A stretch of 60,452 nucleotides of DNA, taken from positions 13,933-74,384 of the forward strand of contig CAZISY010000004.1 of the NCBI GenBank assembly GCA_964542025.1. Direction: 5' to 3'. This document shows, in pieces, positions 27,701 to 36,535 of the stretch. Position 1 is the first letter of the stretch. The number at the start of each line of letters is the position of its first letter. The DNA is from an uncultured Verrucomicrobiota bacterium. GTDB lineage: Bacteria > Verrucomicrobiota > Kiritimatiellia > RZYC01. Made by a program: the position numbers and the translations under genes. Below the pieces are notes generated by a model. That model was not told where the DNA came from. It saw only the letters and a list, made by a program, of their open reading frames with translations, and searched no databases.

Positions 27701-27994
27701 ACCATCGAAATCAGCACCCGTTTGCTGGATGAGCAATGGGTGGAAGTCTGTGTGAGTGATACAGGGACTGGCATACCCGATGAAATCAAAACGAAGGTAT
27801 TCGACCCGTTTTTCACTACGAAAGGAGTCGGCCTCGGAACCGGGCAGGGACTTTCCATTGTGTACGACGTGATCAGGCGACGCCATCACGGCGACGTGTT
27901 TTTTGATTCCGAGGCAGGCCGGGGCACCGTATTCCATGTCCGCCTGCCGCTGGTGCAGGAATCCACCGACGGAGTGAAGCCGCATGGAACATGA
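24773..27994 (+). CDS. Sensor histidine kinase: two TM helices, periplasmic domain, HAMP, multiple PAS, HisKA, HATPase_c
   Basis: TM1, about 170 aa, then TM2. HAMP (DEVGMLARAFNGM), about four PAS-like blocks, H-box AAGIAHEINTP, N-box NLIVNSAHA, and G-boxes DTGTGIP and GTGQGLS. No receiver domain. Confidence 0.85.
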   Translation: MARRISIFVLCVVLLANLCMSVLIGMNLLSRTVDYVDNEGAEVSQTGARLFEYVIDNSLRNGIFSEEDYFREGPQYDEDGRLVPLKYMQYLSRNLQGNIAGLLQNAPIYYAYGLNRTGDLIVHSTPDRQAEVGRFQRELKTPESLPNGGEKVRWTGDGGVDYYDYAQPIYVRDRYWGAFHAGIPVNYIVQRVWAEVLRMLFYSLAVALLCAWLVYLAVKHWMHPLQTLISDAKRLAGGDMAVMSPYGNNRDEVGMLARAFNGMSATIRISMNYLENQVEERTAGLNALIDNSPAGLLLVDEKNRVVVRVNQATCRLMNASQEDLEGKTFEELFGQQEQLIRLIDGASHAASELVLRPLHGEGVEVLARQVRTTMDGMAYRMIILLDVTDQNKAWRALEETEKRYRQLIIQLNTAILVIGADHRVQIINQSAMKLLRLNVGVIGKRYDELDWGEASDENGAGDSDRLAELIRSVVRGRMSVFNRLIELRPCGADAPGRHWALAGAVPLYDEEGELAQVTISLNDVSELKQMQEEYRTLSEKRRELESIIEHSDMTVLLIQLRPVRLEYISSNVMQYGYAPEAFGKDARLILRMVAHEDRSAVVDLVQRLRAGHCGYERLIFRIESPDGTQRWVEAGLWARESEGRGVTHIQAIFTNITERKMLEDEVSRAYTVIQNMPDPIFFVDAQQHITYANIACRRIFGLSDGKPDHAAMQTMLKRPEIARMIGQPADGGESEGVEITMSMPDASERQVLIRAISLVGETAEQNGIGIIFNDLTAVRAAESERKLLEARYFQSQKLESIGQLAAGIAHEINTPSQFVGDNLRFLQDTFRDLLPVYEMYRDCVRKHADVLPEAGELQEKNQEADVEYLFEEAPKAISQSLDGIQRISDIVRAMKEFSHPGSSEMQSVDLNHAIRNTVAVARNEWKYFSEMVLKLDDKLPPVPCLVGEFNQVILNLIVNSAHAIKEKVGIEGQGKGTIEISTRLLDEQWVEVCVSDTGTGIPDEIKTKVFDPFFTTKGVGLGTGQGLSIVYDVIRRRHHGDVFFDSEAGRGTVFHVRLPLVQESTDGVKPHGT

Positions 27995-29183
27995 GAAAAT
28001 CCGCATCCTGTTTGTCGACGATGAGCCGAACATTCTGGACGGCCTGCGCCGCATGCTGCGTCCCTATCGGCAGGAATGGGACATGGATTTCGCCAATAAC
28101 GGGTATGAGGCGCTGCAGCGAATGGATCAGAAGCCGTTCGACGTGGTGGTCTCGGATATGCGTATGCCGGGGATGGACGGCGCCAACCTGCTGCAGGAGG
28201 TTTCCCTGCGGTATCCGCAAATTGTGCGGTTTGTGCTCTCGGGGCAATCAGATCGGCAGACCATTCTGCGCGCCATCGGATCCACGCACCAGTTCATGTC
28301 GAAACCCTGCGAACCGGAACATCTGCGCAACGTGATTCAACGCTCCCTGACGCACCGCAACGTGGTTCGCAACGAAACGGTACGCGACCGGATCGCACAG
28401 GTCAAAACCATGCCCAGCCCGCTCGATACCTGCCAGGCGCTGAGCCGGTTGCTGGAGGAAGAAACGCCGAACATGGAGGCTGTGGCAGAGATCATCGGAA
28501 GCGACATCGCTCTGCTCGCGAAAGTGTTTCAACTCATTCATTCGGAGCTGTTCGGAAAAATGCAGAATATGCAGCATGTCGGGCAGGCCGTGAACGTGCT
28601 GGGCGCGGAGGTGCTGACCTCCATGCTGGAGACGTCGGATTTGTTTACGGTGTATGATGCGCCGCCGGGGGATTCGTTTTCGCTGGAAACGCTGAATCAG
28701 CATGGCAGGCGAGTGGCTGGGCTGGCCCGGCAAATCGCGGAGGAGTCCGGATGGTCCGGGGTGCGGCTGCTGGATGTTTGGCTGGCCGGCTTCTTTCATG
28801 ACGTGGGGCGGCTGATTCTGCTGTTTTGCATGCCCGAGGACTATATGCCCCTGCTTCAGGGGCCGCCGGTGCATGGCGCCGAGCTGTGTCGGATGGAGCA
28901 GGAACGGCTGGGCGTTTCGCATCCCGAGGCCGGGGCCTTTTTACTGAGTCTCTGGGGGTTCACGGATGCCATCGTGGAGGCCGTGGAGTATTACAACCGG
29001 CCGTCCGGCGCGCCGTCCCGGGAGCGGCCGGTTTTAGCGGCGGTACACCTGGCCCATGCGGTCACATGCCTGGAGCGCGGAATTCCGGTGGCGCCGGACA
29101 GGGCTTTTTTGGAGCAGCACGGTTTGAACCCCGATCCGGAGTGGTGGCTCAAGAGGGAGCACCCTGATCGTCAGCAAGGATGA
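27984..29183 (+). CDS. Response regulator: REC + HDOD domain
   Basis: ILFVDDEPNIL...VVVSDMRMPGMDG, then HDOD-like IGSDIALLAKVFQLIHSELFG...GFFHDVGRL...GVSHPEAGAFLLSLWGF. Overlaps the kinase gene by 11 nt. Confidence 0.8.
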   Translation: MEHEKIRILFVDDEPNILDGLRRMLRPYRQEWDMDFANNGYEALQRMDQKPFDVVVSDMRMPGMDGANLLQEVSLRYPQIVRFVLSGQSDRQTILRAIGSTHQFMSKPCEPEHLRNVIQRSLTHRNVVRNETVRDRIAQVKTMPSPLDTCQALSRLLEEETPNMEAVAEIIGSDIALLAKVFQLIHSELFGKMQNMQHVGQAVNVLGAEVLTSMLETSDLFTVYDAPPGDSFSLETLNQHGRRVAGLARQIAEESGWSGVRLLDVWLAGFFHDVGRLILLFCMPEDYMPLLQGPPVHGAELCRMEQERLGVSHPEAGAFLLSLWGFTDAIVEAVEYYNRPSGAPSRERPVLAAVHLAHAVTCLERGIPVAPDRAFLEQHGLNPDPEWWLKREHPDRQQG

Positions 29184-30331
29184 GCGGTATGGAAAAGAAC
29201 AATAAAATTCTGTTTGTGGATGATGATGCCTGCGTGTTGGACGCCATGAAGCGCAATCTGCGCCGCGCGTTTGACGTACACACGGCAATAAGCGGCGATG
29301 AGGGGCTTCGCGAAATCCGGGAGCACGGCCCCTTTGCCGTGGTTGTTTCGGATATGAACATGCCGGGTATGGACGGCGCGACCTTCCTGGCCAGGGTTTG
29401 CGAGGTGGCTCCGAATACGGTGCGCATCATGCTGACCGGTCAGGCGGATTTGACGAATGCCATGGCCGCGGTGAACGAAGGGAATATCTTCCGGTTCGTC
29501 ACCAAGCCGGCGGATCCAAAAATCATGGCGCGGGCGATGAAGGCGGCCTTTGACCAGTATCAACTGATCACGGCGGAGAAAAATCTGCTGGAAGAAACGC
29601 TGAACGCCTGCGTGCAGGTGCTGGTGGATATGCTTTCCATTTCCAATCCCGCGGCGTTCAGCCAGAGCATGCGCGTGAAGGACTACGTCGGCCAGTTGGT
29701 GGACCGTCTGGGGCTTGGGGAGCGCTGGCAATACGAACTGGCGGCACTGCTTTCCCAGCTGGGCGCGGTAACCGTGCCCGTGGAAACCATGAGCCGATAC
29801 ATTTCGGGGTTGCCTCTTTCCGAGCATGAGAAAAAAATGATCGAGGAACACCCCGCCGTGGGTGGCAGGCTGATCGGAAGCATTCCGAGGCTTGAAAATG
29901 TGGCGCGCATCGTCAAGGCCCAGCAGCGGGAAGCCGGCCCGGTTGACTTCAGTGAAGAGTTGGACCGGAACGACTCGGTGTCCTGCGGGGCGTATGTGCT
30001 GCGGGCGGCGATCGATTTGGACATGCTGCTGTCCCAGGGCTTGAACAGGTCGCAGGCCATGATGAGCCTGCAAACGCGGCAGGATGTCTATCATCCCCGG
30101 GTGCTGGCGGCGCTGGGGCGCATCGAAATTCCGGAACGCAAAGATGCCGTAAAAGTGGTGCGCGTCCCCGAATTGTGCAACGGAATGGTGCTGGCGGAGG
30201 ACGTCAAGTCACGGAACGGCGTACTGATTGTGACCAAGGGGCAAAAAGTGACCGATACGCTGCGCCGCTGCCTCGAAAATAATTACATTCAAAGCAATAT
30301 TCCCGATACCGTTCGGGTCAACGCGGGCTGA
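29180..30331 (+). CDS. Response regulator: REC + HD-GYP-like domain that appears catalytically degenerate
   Basis: ILFVDDDACVL...VVVSDMNMPGMDG. The C-terminal SMRVKDYVGQLVDRLGL...AALLSQLGAV...EHEKKMIEEHPAVGGRLI follows the HD-GYP layout, but SQ sits where the HD dyad is expected. ATGA overlap with the previous gene. Confidence 0.6.
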   Translation: MSGMEKNNKILFVDDDACVLDAMKRNLRRAFDVHTAISGDEGLREIREHGPFAVVVSDMNMPGMDGATFLARVCEVAPNTVRIMLTGQADLTNAMAAVNEGNIFRFVTKPADPKIMARAMKAAFDQYQLITAEKNLLEETLNACVQVLVDMLSISNPAAFSQSMRVKDYVGQLVDRLGLGERWQYELAALLSQLGAVTVPVETMSRYISGLPLSEHEKKMIEEHPAVGGRLIGSIPRLENVARIVKAQQREAGPVDFSEELDRNDSVSCGAYVLRAAIDLDMLLSQGLNRSQAMMSLQTRQDVYHPRVLAALGRIEIPERKDAVKVVRVPELCNGMVLAEDVKSRNGVLIVTKGQKVTDTLRRCLENNYIQSNIPDTVRVNAG

Positions 30332-30361
30332 CAGCCGGGTGGCCGGCGCAGGAGGACGGAT

Positions 30362-31072
30362 ATGAGTCAGGAAAATCGGGTGCGTGTTTTGATCGTGGAT
30401 GACGACAGTCTCTTCCGGGAGGGCATTAAACGCCTGATGCACACCATTAAGGGAATCACGGTTGACAGTATACGCGAAGCGGAAAACGGCGAAGATGCTC
30501 TCGGCATCCTCCGGGAACATCCGGCCGACCTGGTTCTGCTGGATTACCAGATGCCCGGCGGCACGGGGACCGACTGGTTGGAACGCATACGCCGGCTGGA
30601 TGAACATACGGCGGTCATCATGATCACCGGGCGGGGGGATGAATCTATCGCTGTGACCGCCATGCAATGCGGCGCATCGGATTATCTGGTCAAGGGGTCG
30701 TTCACCGCCGAGCGCCTGACACAGTCCATGATCAGCGCCCTGGATCGGCGGGTGATGCAGCAAACGCTCAAGCGTCAGGCCGAAGCGCTGATGGATGCCG
30801 AACGGCAGCGCGTCATGCTGGAAAGTCTCGGTGCGGCCTGTCATCACATGGGGCAGCCGGCCACGATTCTGCTGGTCAACCTGCAATTGCTGAAAGAAGG
30901 CGAGAGCAATCCCGAAAAGCTGAATCTGATTGAACAGAGCATGCAGGCGGCCACCCGCCTGTCCGATATTCTCCACCGTCTTCAGACCGTGAGCGACTAT
31001 CGCACCGTCCCCTATTTAAAGCTGGGCGACAAGGCCGTGAACATTCTCGATATCAGCGAGAAGGCCCCGTAA
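30362..31072 (+). CDS. Response regulator: REC + C-terminal DHp/HisKA-like helical domain (no ATPase domain)
   Basis: VLIVDDDSLF...LVLLDYQMPGGTG...KGS, then a coiled segment with LGAACHHMGQPATILLVNLQLL that resembles an H-box. Confidence 0.65.
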   Translation: MSQENRVRVLIVDDDSLFREGIKRLMHTIKGITVDSIREAENGEDALGILREHPADLVLLDYQMPGGTGTDWLERIRRLDEHTAVIMITGRGDESIAVTAMQCGASDYLVKGSFTAERLTQSMISALDRRVMQQTLKRQAEALMDAERQRVMLESLGAACHHMGQPATILLVNLQLLKEGESNPEKLNLIEQSMQAATRLSDILHRLQTVSDYRTVPYLKLGDKAVNILDISEKAP

Positions 31073-31261
31073 ATACGGATTAGAAACGGACCGGGAAGAC
31101 CGAAAAACGACCTGAAATTAGCCGGAATAACCCCTTGCTATGCCACAGGGCCTGTGTTACTTTGCGGCGCTTCAGGTGTCCCGGATCAGAGACGTGTGGG
31201 CTGTCTTTTATCCATATTTAAGGGACAAAAACAAAGCCCGAATGAATAAGTTAGTTATATT

Positions 31262-33022
31262 ATGGAAAAACAGAAATCCCAAAAAGAGCGCATGGATTTC
31301 AACCTCGGCAATTACGAGGGAGATGCTCAGGCGGAAACGTCTGCCATGTACGAACACACCTTGAGAGACTTCAAGGAAGGTTCCATTGTCGAAGGCAAAG
31401 TCCTGGAAATCCGCCCGGAATCCGTACTGGTGGACATCGGCTACAAATCGGAAGGTTTGATTCCTTCGGAAGAATTCAAAGACCTCGAAACCCTGAAAGT
31501 GGGCGACACGGTCGAAGTACTGCTTGAAAGCCTGGAAGACGACGAAGGCATGGTCGTTCTGAGCAAAGAACAGGCCGAACAGCAGAAGAGCTGGGAGCGC
31601 GTACTCAGCGAATTCAAGGAAGGCACGGTCATCGGCGGTACCATTACCGGCAAGGTGCGCGGCGGCCTCCTCGTGGATGTGGGCGTGGAAGCGTTCCTGC
31701 CCGGATCGCAGCTGGATGTGGTTCCCATTCGCAACGTGGATGATTACGTCGGCAAATCGCTGGAATTTAAAATCCTCAAGATCAACACCGAACGGCGCAA
31801 TATTGTGCTGTCGCGCCGCGAGCTGATGGAAGATCAGCGCCGCGAGCAGAAGAAGGTGCTGCTCATGGAGATCAAGCCGGGCCAGATCCGCAAGGGTATG
31901 GTCAAGAACATCACCGATTTCGGCGCCTTTATCGACCTGAACGGCATGGACGGCCTGCTGCATATCACGGATATGAGCTGGGGCCGCATCAACCATCCGT
32001 CGGAAATGCTCTCGGTCGGCCAGGAAATTGAAGTGGTGATCCTGGATGTGAACCTGGAGAAGGAGCGCATCTCGCTGGGTCTGAAACAGCGGCTCAAAAA
32101 TCCGTGGGACGATATCGAAATCCGGTACCCCATCGGAAGCCGTGTGCGCGGCAAAGTGGTCAATATCATGCCCTACGGCGCTTTCGTGGAAATCGAAGAA
32201 GGCGTGGAAGGATTGGTCCATGTATCGGAAATTTCCTGGACCAAGCGCATTGCCAAAGCCTCGGACGTGATGAAGGTGGGCGACATGGTCGAAGCGGTCG
32301 TGTTGAACATCAACGAAACCGAAAAGAAAATTTCCCTCGGCATGCGCCAGACGGAAGACAATCCGTGGGATTTGGTGGCCGAGCGCTATCCGATCGGCAC
32401 ACGCATCAAGGGCAAAGTTCGCAACTTTACCACCTACGGGGCCTTTGTGGAACTGCAGGAAGGCGTGGACGGCATGATTCATGTGTCCGATATGTCCTGG
32501 ATCCGCAAAATCAACCACCCCTCCGAAGTGCTCAACAAGGGCGACGAGGTCGAGTGCGTGGTACTCGAAGTGGATGCGGAAAATCAGCGCATCAGCCTGG
32601 GCCTGAAGCAGGCGCAGGAAGATCCGTGGTCGAAGATTTCCGAACAGTTCAGCGTGGGTGCGCTGGTGACCGGCAAAGTCAGCAAGCTGACCTCCTTCGG
32701 CGCGTTCGTCGAATTGGCGGAAGGCATCGACGGCCTGGTACACATCAGCCAAATCAGCGATGAGCGCGTGGAAAATGTACGCGACGTGCTGAAACCGGGC
32801 CAGGAAGTGAAGGCGCGCGTGGTCAAGATTGACCCCGTGGAACGCCGGATCGGCCTGAGCATCAAAGCGGCGGCGCTGTCGGATGAAGAATTCGTGGTCA
32901 GCGAGGATATGCTGACCGGACTGCAGCCGGGCGAAGACTTGGTGGATTTGGCGGGCGCTTTTGATCAGGCGTTCGGCCAGGGCGCCGGCAAAGCGCAGGA
33001 ATGGCATCCGGGCCAGCAATAA
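31262..33022 (+). CDS. rpsA: 30S ribosomal protein S1
   Basis: 586 aa with six S1 repeats (G.IV.GKV..I...G.LVD.G....G..), and an AU-rich leader without an obvious SD. Confidence 0.92.
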   Translation: MEKQKSQKERMDFNLGNYEGDAQAETSAMYEHTLRDFKEGSIVEGKVLEIRPESVLVDIGYKSEGLIPSEEFKDLETLKVGDTVEVLLESLEDDEGMVVLSKEQAEQQKSWERVLSEFKEGTVIGGTITGKVRGGLLVDVGVEAFLPGSQLDVVPIRNVDDYVGKSLEFKILKINTERRNIVLSRRELMEDQRREQKKVLLMEIKPGQIRKGMVKNITDFGAFIDLNGMDGLLHITDMSWGRINHPSEMLSVGQEIEVVILDVNLEKERISLGLKQRLKNPWDDIEIRYPIGSRVRGKVVNIMPYGAFVEIEEGVEGLVHVSEISWTKRIAKASDVMKVGDMVEAVVLNINETEKKISLGMRQTEDNPWDLVAERYPIGTRIKGKVRNFTTYGAFVELQEGVDGMIHVSDMSWIRKINHPSEVLNKGDEVECVVLEVDAENQRISLGLKQAQEDPWSKISEQFSVGALVTGKVSKLTSFGAFVELAEGIDGLVHISQISDERVENVRDVLKPGQEVKARVVKIDPVERRIGLSIKAAALSDEEFVVSEDMLTGLQPGEDLVDLAGAFDQAFGQGAGKAQEWHPGQQ

Positions 33023-33051
33023 TCCGGATTCGCCATTAGGCAGACTCATGA

Positions 33052-33086
33052 GGGACGGGCTTCGGCCCGTCCCTTCTTTTCTTTCC
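33052..33086 (+). terminator. Rho-independent terminator after rpsA
   Basis: GGGACGGGC-TTCG-GCCCGTCCC followed by TTCTTTTCTTTCC. Confidence 0.75.
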
Positions 33087-33164
33087 CCGGATAATGATTG
33101 TTTCTGAGCTGTTTTTGAATACACTGCACCGAAATCCATGAAGTTTTGAAAAGGAGTAACCACA

Positions 33165-33896
33165 ATGAAAGGTGTCGTACTGGCCGGCGGATTGGGAACA
33201 CGGTTGCATCCATTGACAAAAATCACCAATAAGCACCTGCTTCCCATCTATAAAAAACCGATGATTTTCTACCCCATTGAAATGCTCGCCGGGGCGGGGA
33301 TTGAAGATGTGCTGATCGTGACCGGCGGCAACAACGCGGGGGATTTTCTTCGGCTGATCGGAAACGGCAAGCAATTCGGATTGCGGCATCTTGAATATAC
33401 CTATCAGGAAGGCGAGGGAGGCATCGCCGACGCTCTGAGCCTCGCGGCGGATTTCGTGGATGGCGACAAATTTACCGTGGTTCTGGGCGATAATATCCTG
33501 GAAAAAGGCATCCGACACGGTGTTGAGGCCTTCAAAAAACAACCGGAAGGCGCACGAATTTTTCTGAAGGAAGTGGATCATCCCTGGGAATACGGTATCG
33601 CGACCGTGGAAGGAACGCGGATCACCAATATTGTGGAAAAACCCAAAGAGCCCTGCGGCAATCTGGCGGTGATCGGCGTGTATATGTACCCGGCGGATGT
33701 TTTCGATTTCATCAAAGGCCTGACGCCCAGCGCGCGCGGCGAATTGGAAATTACGGATGTCAACAACCGCTACATTGCCCAGGGGACCATGCAGTATGAT
33801 GTGGTCGATGGGTGGTGGATGGATGCGGGTGAAAATGCCGAAGCGCTGCTGATGGCGAACCTGACCGTGGCCCGCATGGAAGGAGTGAGCATCTGA
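33165..33896 (+). CDS. rmlA: Glucose-1-phosphate thymidylyltransferase, short form (sugar nucleotidyltransferase)
   Basis: MKGVVLAGGLGTRLHPLTKITNKHLLPIYKKPMIFYPI, and context with rmlD/rmlB. Confidence 0.75.
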   Translation: MKGVVLAGGLGTRLHPLTKITNKHLLPIYKKPMIFYPIEMLAGAGIEDVLIVTGGNNAGDFLRLIGNGKQFGLRHLEYTYQEGEGGIADALSLAADFVDGDKFTVVLGDNILEKGIRHGVEAFKKQPEGARIFLKEVDHPWEYGIATVEGTRITNIVEKPKEPCGNLAVIGVYMYPADVFDFIKGLTPSARGELEITDVNNRYIAQGTMQYDVVDGWWMDAGENAEALLMANLTVARMEGVSI

Positions 33897-34750
33897 TGCG
33901 GCTGGTGATTGTCGGCGCCAACGGCATGCTGGGAACGGACCTGAAGGCCGCCTGTGCGCGGCAGGGCATGGACGCCGTCGGACTGGACTTGCCGGAGGTG
34001 GACATCACTCGGCCGGACCGCCTTTCGCAGGACATTCCTGAATGCGATTGGCTGATCAATTGCGCGGCGTACACCAATGTGGATGGCGCCGAAACGAACC
34101 GAGATCTTTGCTTTTCAATCAATGCCGCCGGTCCCGCGAATCTGGCGGCCCTGTGCGCGAAACGGGGCATCCCGCTGCTGCACATCAGCACCGATTATGT
34201 ATTTGATGGTGCAAAAACGACGCCGTACCTGGAAGACGATCTGACCCATGCGCTCAGCGTGTACGGGGAAAGCAAGCTGGAAGGAGAGCGAGCCGTGCAG
34301 GACTCGGGTTGCGCCTTCATTATCGCGCGCACTCAATCCCTGTTTGGCGTTCACGGCCATAACTTCATCAAAGCCATCATGCGGTTTATCGACGAAGGAA
34401 AAGTTCCGCTGAAAGTGGTGAACGACCAGGTTTCCTGCCCCACCTGGAGTGGTCATTTGGCTTATGCCCTCTTAAAATTGATCCAGACGCCCCACCGGGA
34501 TATTGTGCATACATCGTCGGAAGGGGCCTGTTCCTGGTTTGACTTCGCGCGGGCGATTGTGGAGCGGGTGAAGCCCGGCGTCGAGGTGCTGCCCGTCCCG
34601 GCCGCCACCTATCCGCGTCCGGCCAAACGCCCCGCCAACTCCGTACTCGATAAATCCCGCTATGCCCATTGGACGGGCCACCGCTTCCCGTCCTGGCAGG
34701 AGGGCTTGGACGCCTATCTGCATGCGCTGCAAACCTACCAACAGACTTGA
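33896..34750 (+). CDS. rmlD: dTDP-4-dehydrorhamnose reductase
   Basis: IVGANGMLG, NCAAYTNVDGAE, STDYVFDG and YGESKLEGE. TGATG overlap with rmlA. Confidence 0.85.
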   Translation: MRLVIVGANGMLGTDLKAACARQGMDAVGLDLPEVDITRPDRLSQDIPECDWLINCAAYTNVDGAETNRDLCFSINAAGPANLAALCAKRGIPLLHISTDYVFDGAKTTPYLEDDLTHALSVYGESKLEGERAVQDSGCAFIIARTQSLFGVHGHNFIKAIMRFIDEGKVPLKVVNDQVSCPTWSGHLAYALLKLIQTPHRDIVHTSSEGACSWFDFARAIVERVKPGVEVLPVPAATYPRPAKRPANSVLDKSRYAHWTGHRFPSWQEGLDAYLHALQTYQQT

Positions 34751-34819
34751 CACCCCGCAGGGGGAATGACAGAAACATGCCCCGTATGCGTTTTCCCGCG
34801 AAAAAATAAGGCAACGACT

Positions 34820-35845
34820 ATGAAATTACTCGTCACCGGCGGTGCCGGATTTATCGGCAGCAATTATATCAGGATGGTGCTTCAGGAGCGCACGGATACC
34901 GAAATTATCAATCTGGATGCCCTGACCTATGCCGGAAATCTCGAAAATCTGACCGATGTGGAAGATTCTCCCCGCTACACCTTCGTAAAAGCCGACATCA
35001 GCAAGGCCGCGGAGGTCCGCCAGGTCTTTGAAGCACATCCCGGTATTGATGCCATTCTGAATTTCGCGGCGGAAAGCCATGTGGACCGCAGTCTGCACGT
35101 CGGCGCCGATGCCTTCATCCAGACCAATATCGCCGGAACACAGCATCTGCTGGATGCCTGCCGCGCGTTCAAAATCGGGCGGTATTTGCAGGTTTCCACC
35201 GATGAAGTGTATGGCAGCCTCGGCCCCGACGGACGCTTCATGGAAACGACGCCGCTCATGCCGAACAATCCCTACTCCGCCACGAAGGCCGCCGCCGATT
35301 TCATGGTGCGCGCCGCCGCCCGCTCCTACAAGATGGATGCCGTCACAACCCGCTGTTCGAACAATTTCGGGCCGTATCAGTTTCCGGAAAAGCTCATCCC
35401 GCTGATGATTGCCAACGCGCTCGAGAACAAGCCGCTGCCTATCTATGGCGACGGCTTGCAGGTGCGTGACTGGATTTATGTGGAGGATCATTGCCGTGCG
35501 ATCGACCTGGTGCTGCGCAAAGGCAAAACCGGGGAGGTGTACAACATCGGCAGCATGCACGACATGCCCAACCTGGAGCTGGTGAAACTGTTGCTGACCA
35601 AGCTCGGCAAGCCGGAGTCCCTGATCACCTATGTGACGGACCGCCCGGGGCACGACCGCCGCTATGCGATGGATGCCCTGAAAATTCAGCGGGAACTCGG
35701 CTGGATGCCGCGCTATTCCTTCGAACAGGCCCTCCAGGCAACCATTGACTGGTACCTGAGCCACCGGGATTGGCTGGATCATGTGCGCAGCGGACAATAT
35801 GTGGCGTATTACGAGAACTTGTATGGAAATCGGGTTCGCGCCTGA
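34820..35845 (+). CDS. rmlB: dTDP-glucose 4,6-dehydratase
   Basis: MKLLVTGGAGFIGSNY, FAAESHVDRS, STDEVYG, PYSATKAAAD and RPGHDRRYA. ATG 34820 is preferred over 34766. Confidence 0.9.
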   Translation: MKLLVTGGAGFIGSNYIRMVLQERTDTEIINLDALTYAGNLENLTDVEDSPRYTFVKADISKAAEVRQVFEAHPGIDAILNFAAESHVDRSLHVGADAFIQTNIAGTQHLLDACRAFKIGRYLQVSTDEVYGSLGPDGRFMETTPLMPNNPYSATKAAADFMVRAAARSYKMDAVTTRCSNNFGPYQFPEKLIPLMIANALENKPLPIYGDGLQVRDWIYVEDHCRAIDLVLRKGKTGEVYNIGSMHDMPNLELVKLLLTKLGKPESLITYVTDRPGHDRRYAMDALKIQRELGWMPRYSFEQALQATIDWYLSHRDWLDHVRSGQYVAYYENLYGNRVRA

Positions 35846-35883
35846 CGCGGCCCATAACGAAATCGTCCCCGGAGAACTCATTT

Positions 35884-36492
35884 ATGTCGAGCATTGCCTT
35901 ATATACCCTGACGCTGGCCGGTGTTTTGCTGGCGATTTATGCGCTCATGCTCAGCTGTCCCGCGCTCTTTCGAACCTGTCTGGCGCGTTTCCCGCGCAGT
36001 GTTTGGGCTGCCCGCATTCTGACGGCCATTGATCTGATTTGGGTGGTGACGGTCATGCACCACGCGGATTTCGGCAGCTTCAACTGGATCAAGGATCTGC
36101 TGGTTCGGGCGCTGCCTCCGCTGCAGTCGGCGAATTTGGGGGTGTTGGAGTTTTTGAAGGATCCGGTGGTGTGGGCGGGGGTGGCGGCTTTTTTTCTCAT
36201 CACAAAATATATGGATGAACTGCTGGCGCCGCGCGCGCTGGGCGGTTTGCTGCTGCTGATCGCCAATCCCCTGCTGAATGCCGCGCGCTGGCAGGAAACC
36301 AACTGGCGTTGGGCCATCGCCGTCGTGGCGTATCTGATTGTGATTAAGGGGCTGTTCCTGGTGATGAGCCCCTACAAGCTGCGCCAGTGGGGCGGAAAAT
36401 ATCTTTCAACTGATTCGCGCTGCCGTGTGTTTGGGGCGGCGGGCGCGCTCTTTTCGTTTTTTCTGATCGGGCTGGGCCTCTGGGCCTTTTAG
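35884..36492 (+). CDS. Integral membrane protein, unknown function (inside the glycan locus)
   Basis: About 5 TM helices. ATG 35884 is preferred, because track start 35770 overlaps rmlB. Confidence 0.55.
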   Translation: MSSIALYTLTLAGVLLAIYALMLSCPALFRTCLARFPRSVWAARILTAIDLIWVVTVMHHADFGSFNWIKDLLVRALPPLQSANLGVLEFLKDPVVWAGVAAFFLITKYMDELLAPRALGGLLLLIANPLLNAARWQETNWRWAIAVVAYLIVIKGLFLVMSPYKLRQWGGKYLSTDSRCRVFGAAGALFSFFLIGLGLWAF

Positions 36493-36535
36493 GGTGCGGA
36501 ACATATTCAACGAATCATCGCGGGCGGATAAAAGC

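Noticed and set aside
26018-28054. 678-aa minus-strand ORF
   Set aside because: It is antisense to the histidine-kinase gene, whose H, N and G boxes are clear. It is a shadow ORF.
31208-33247. 679-aa ORF on the minus strand
   Set aside because: It is exactly antisense to rpsA, which has six unmistakable S1 repeats. Its composition (His/Phe/Asp/Ala-rich, no motifs) is typical of a shadow ORF in high-GC DNA.
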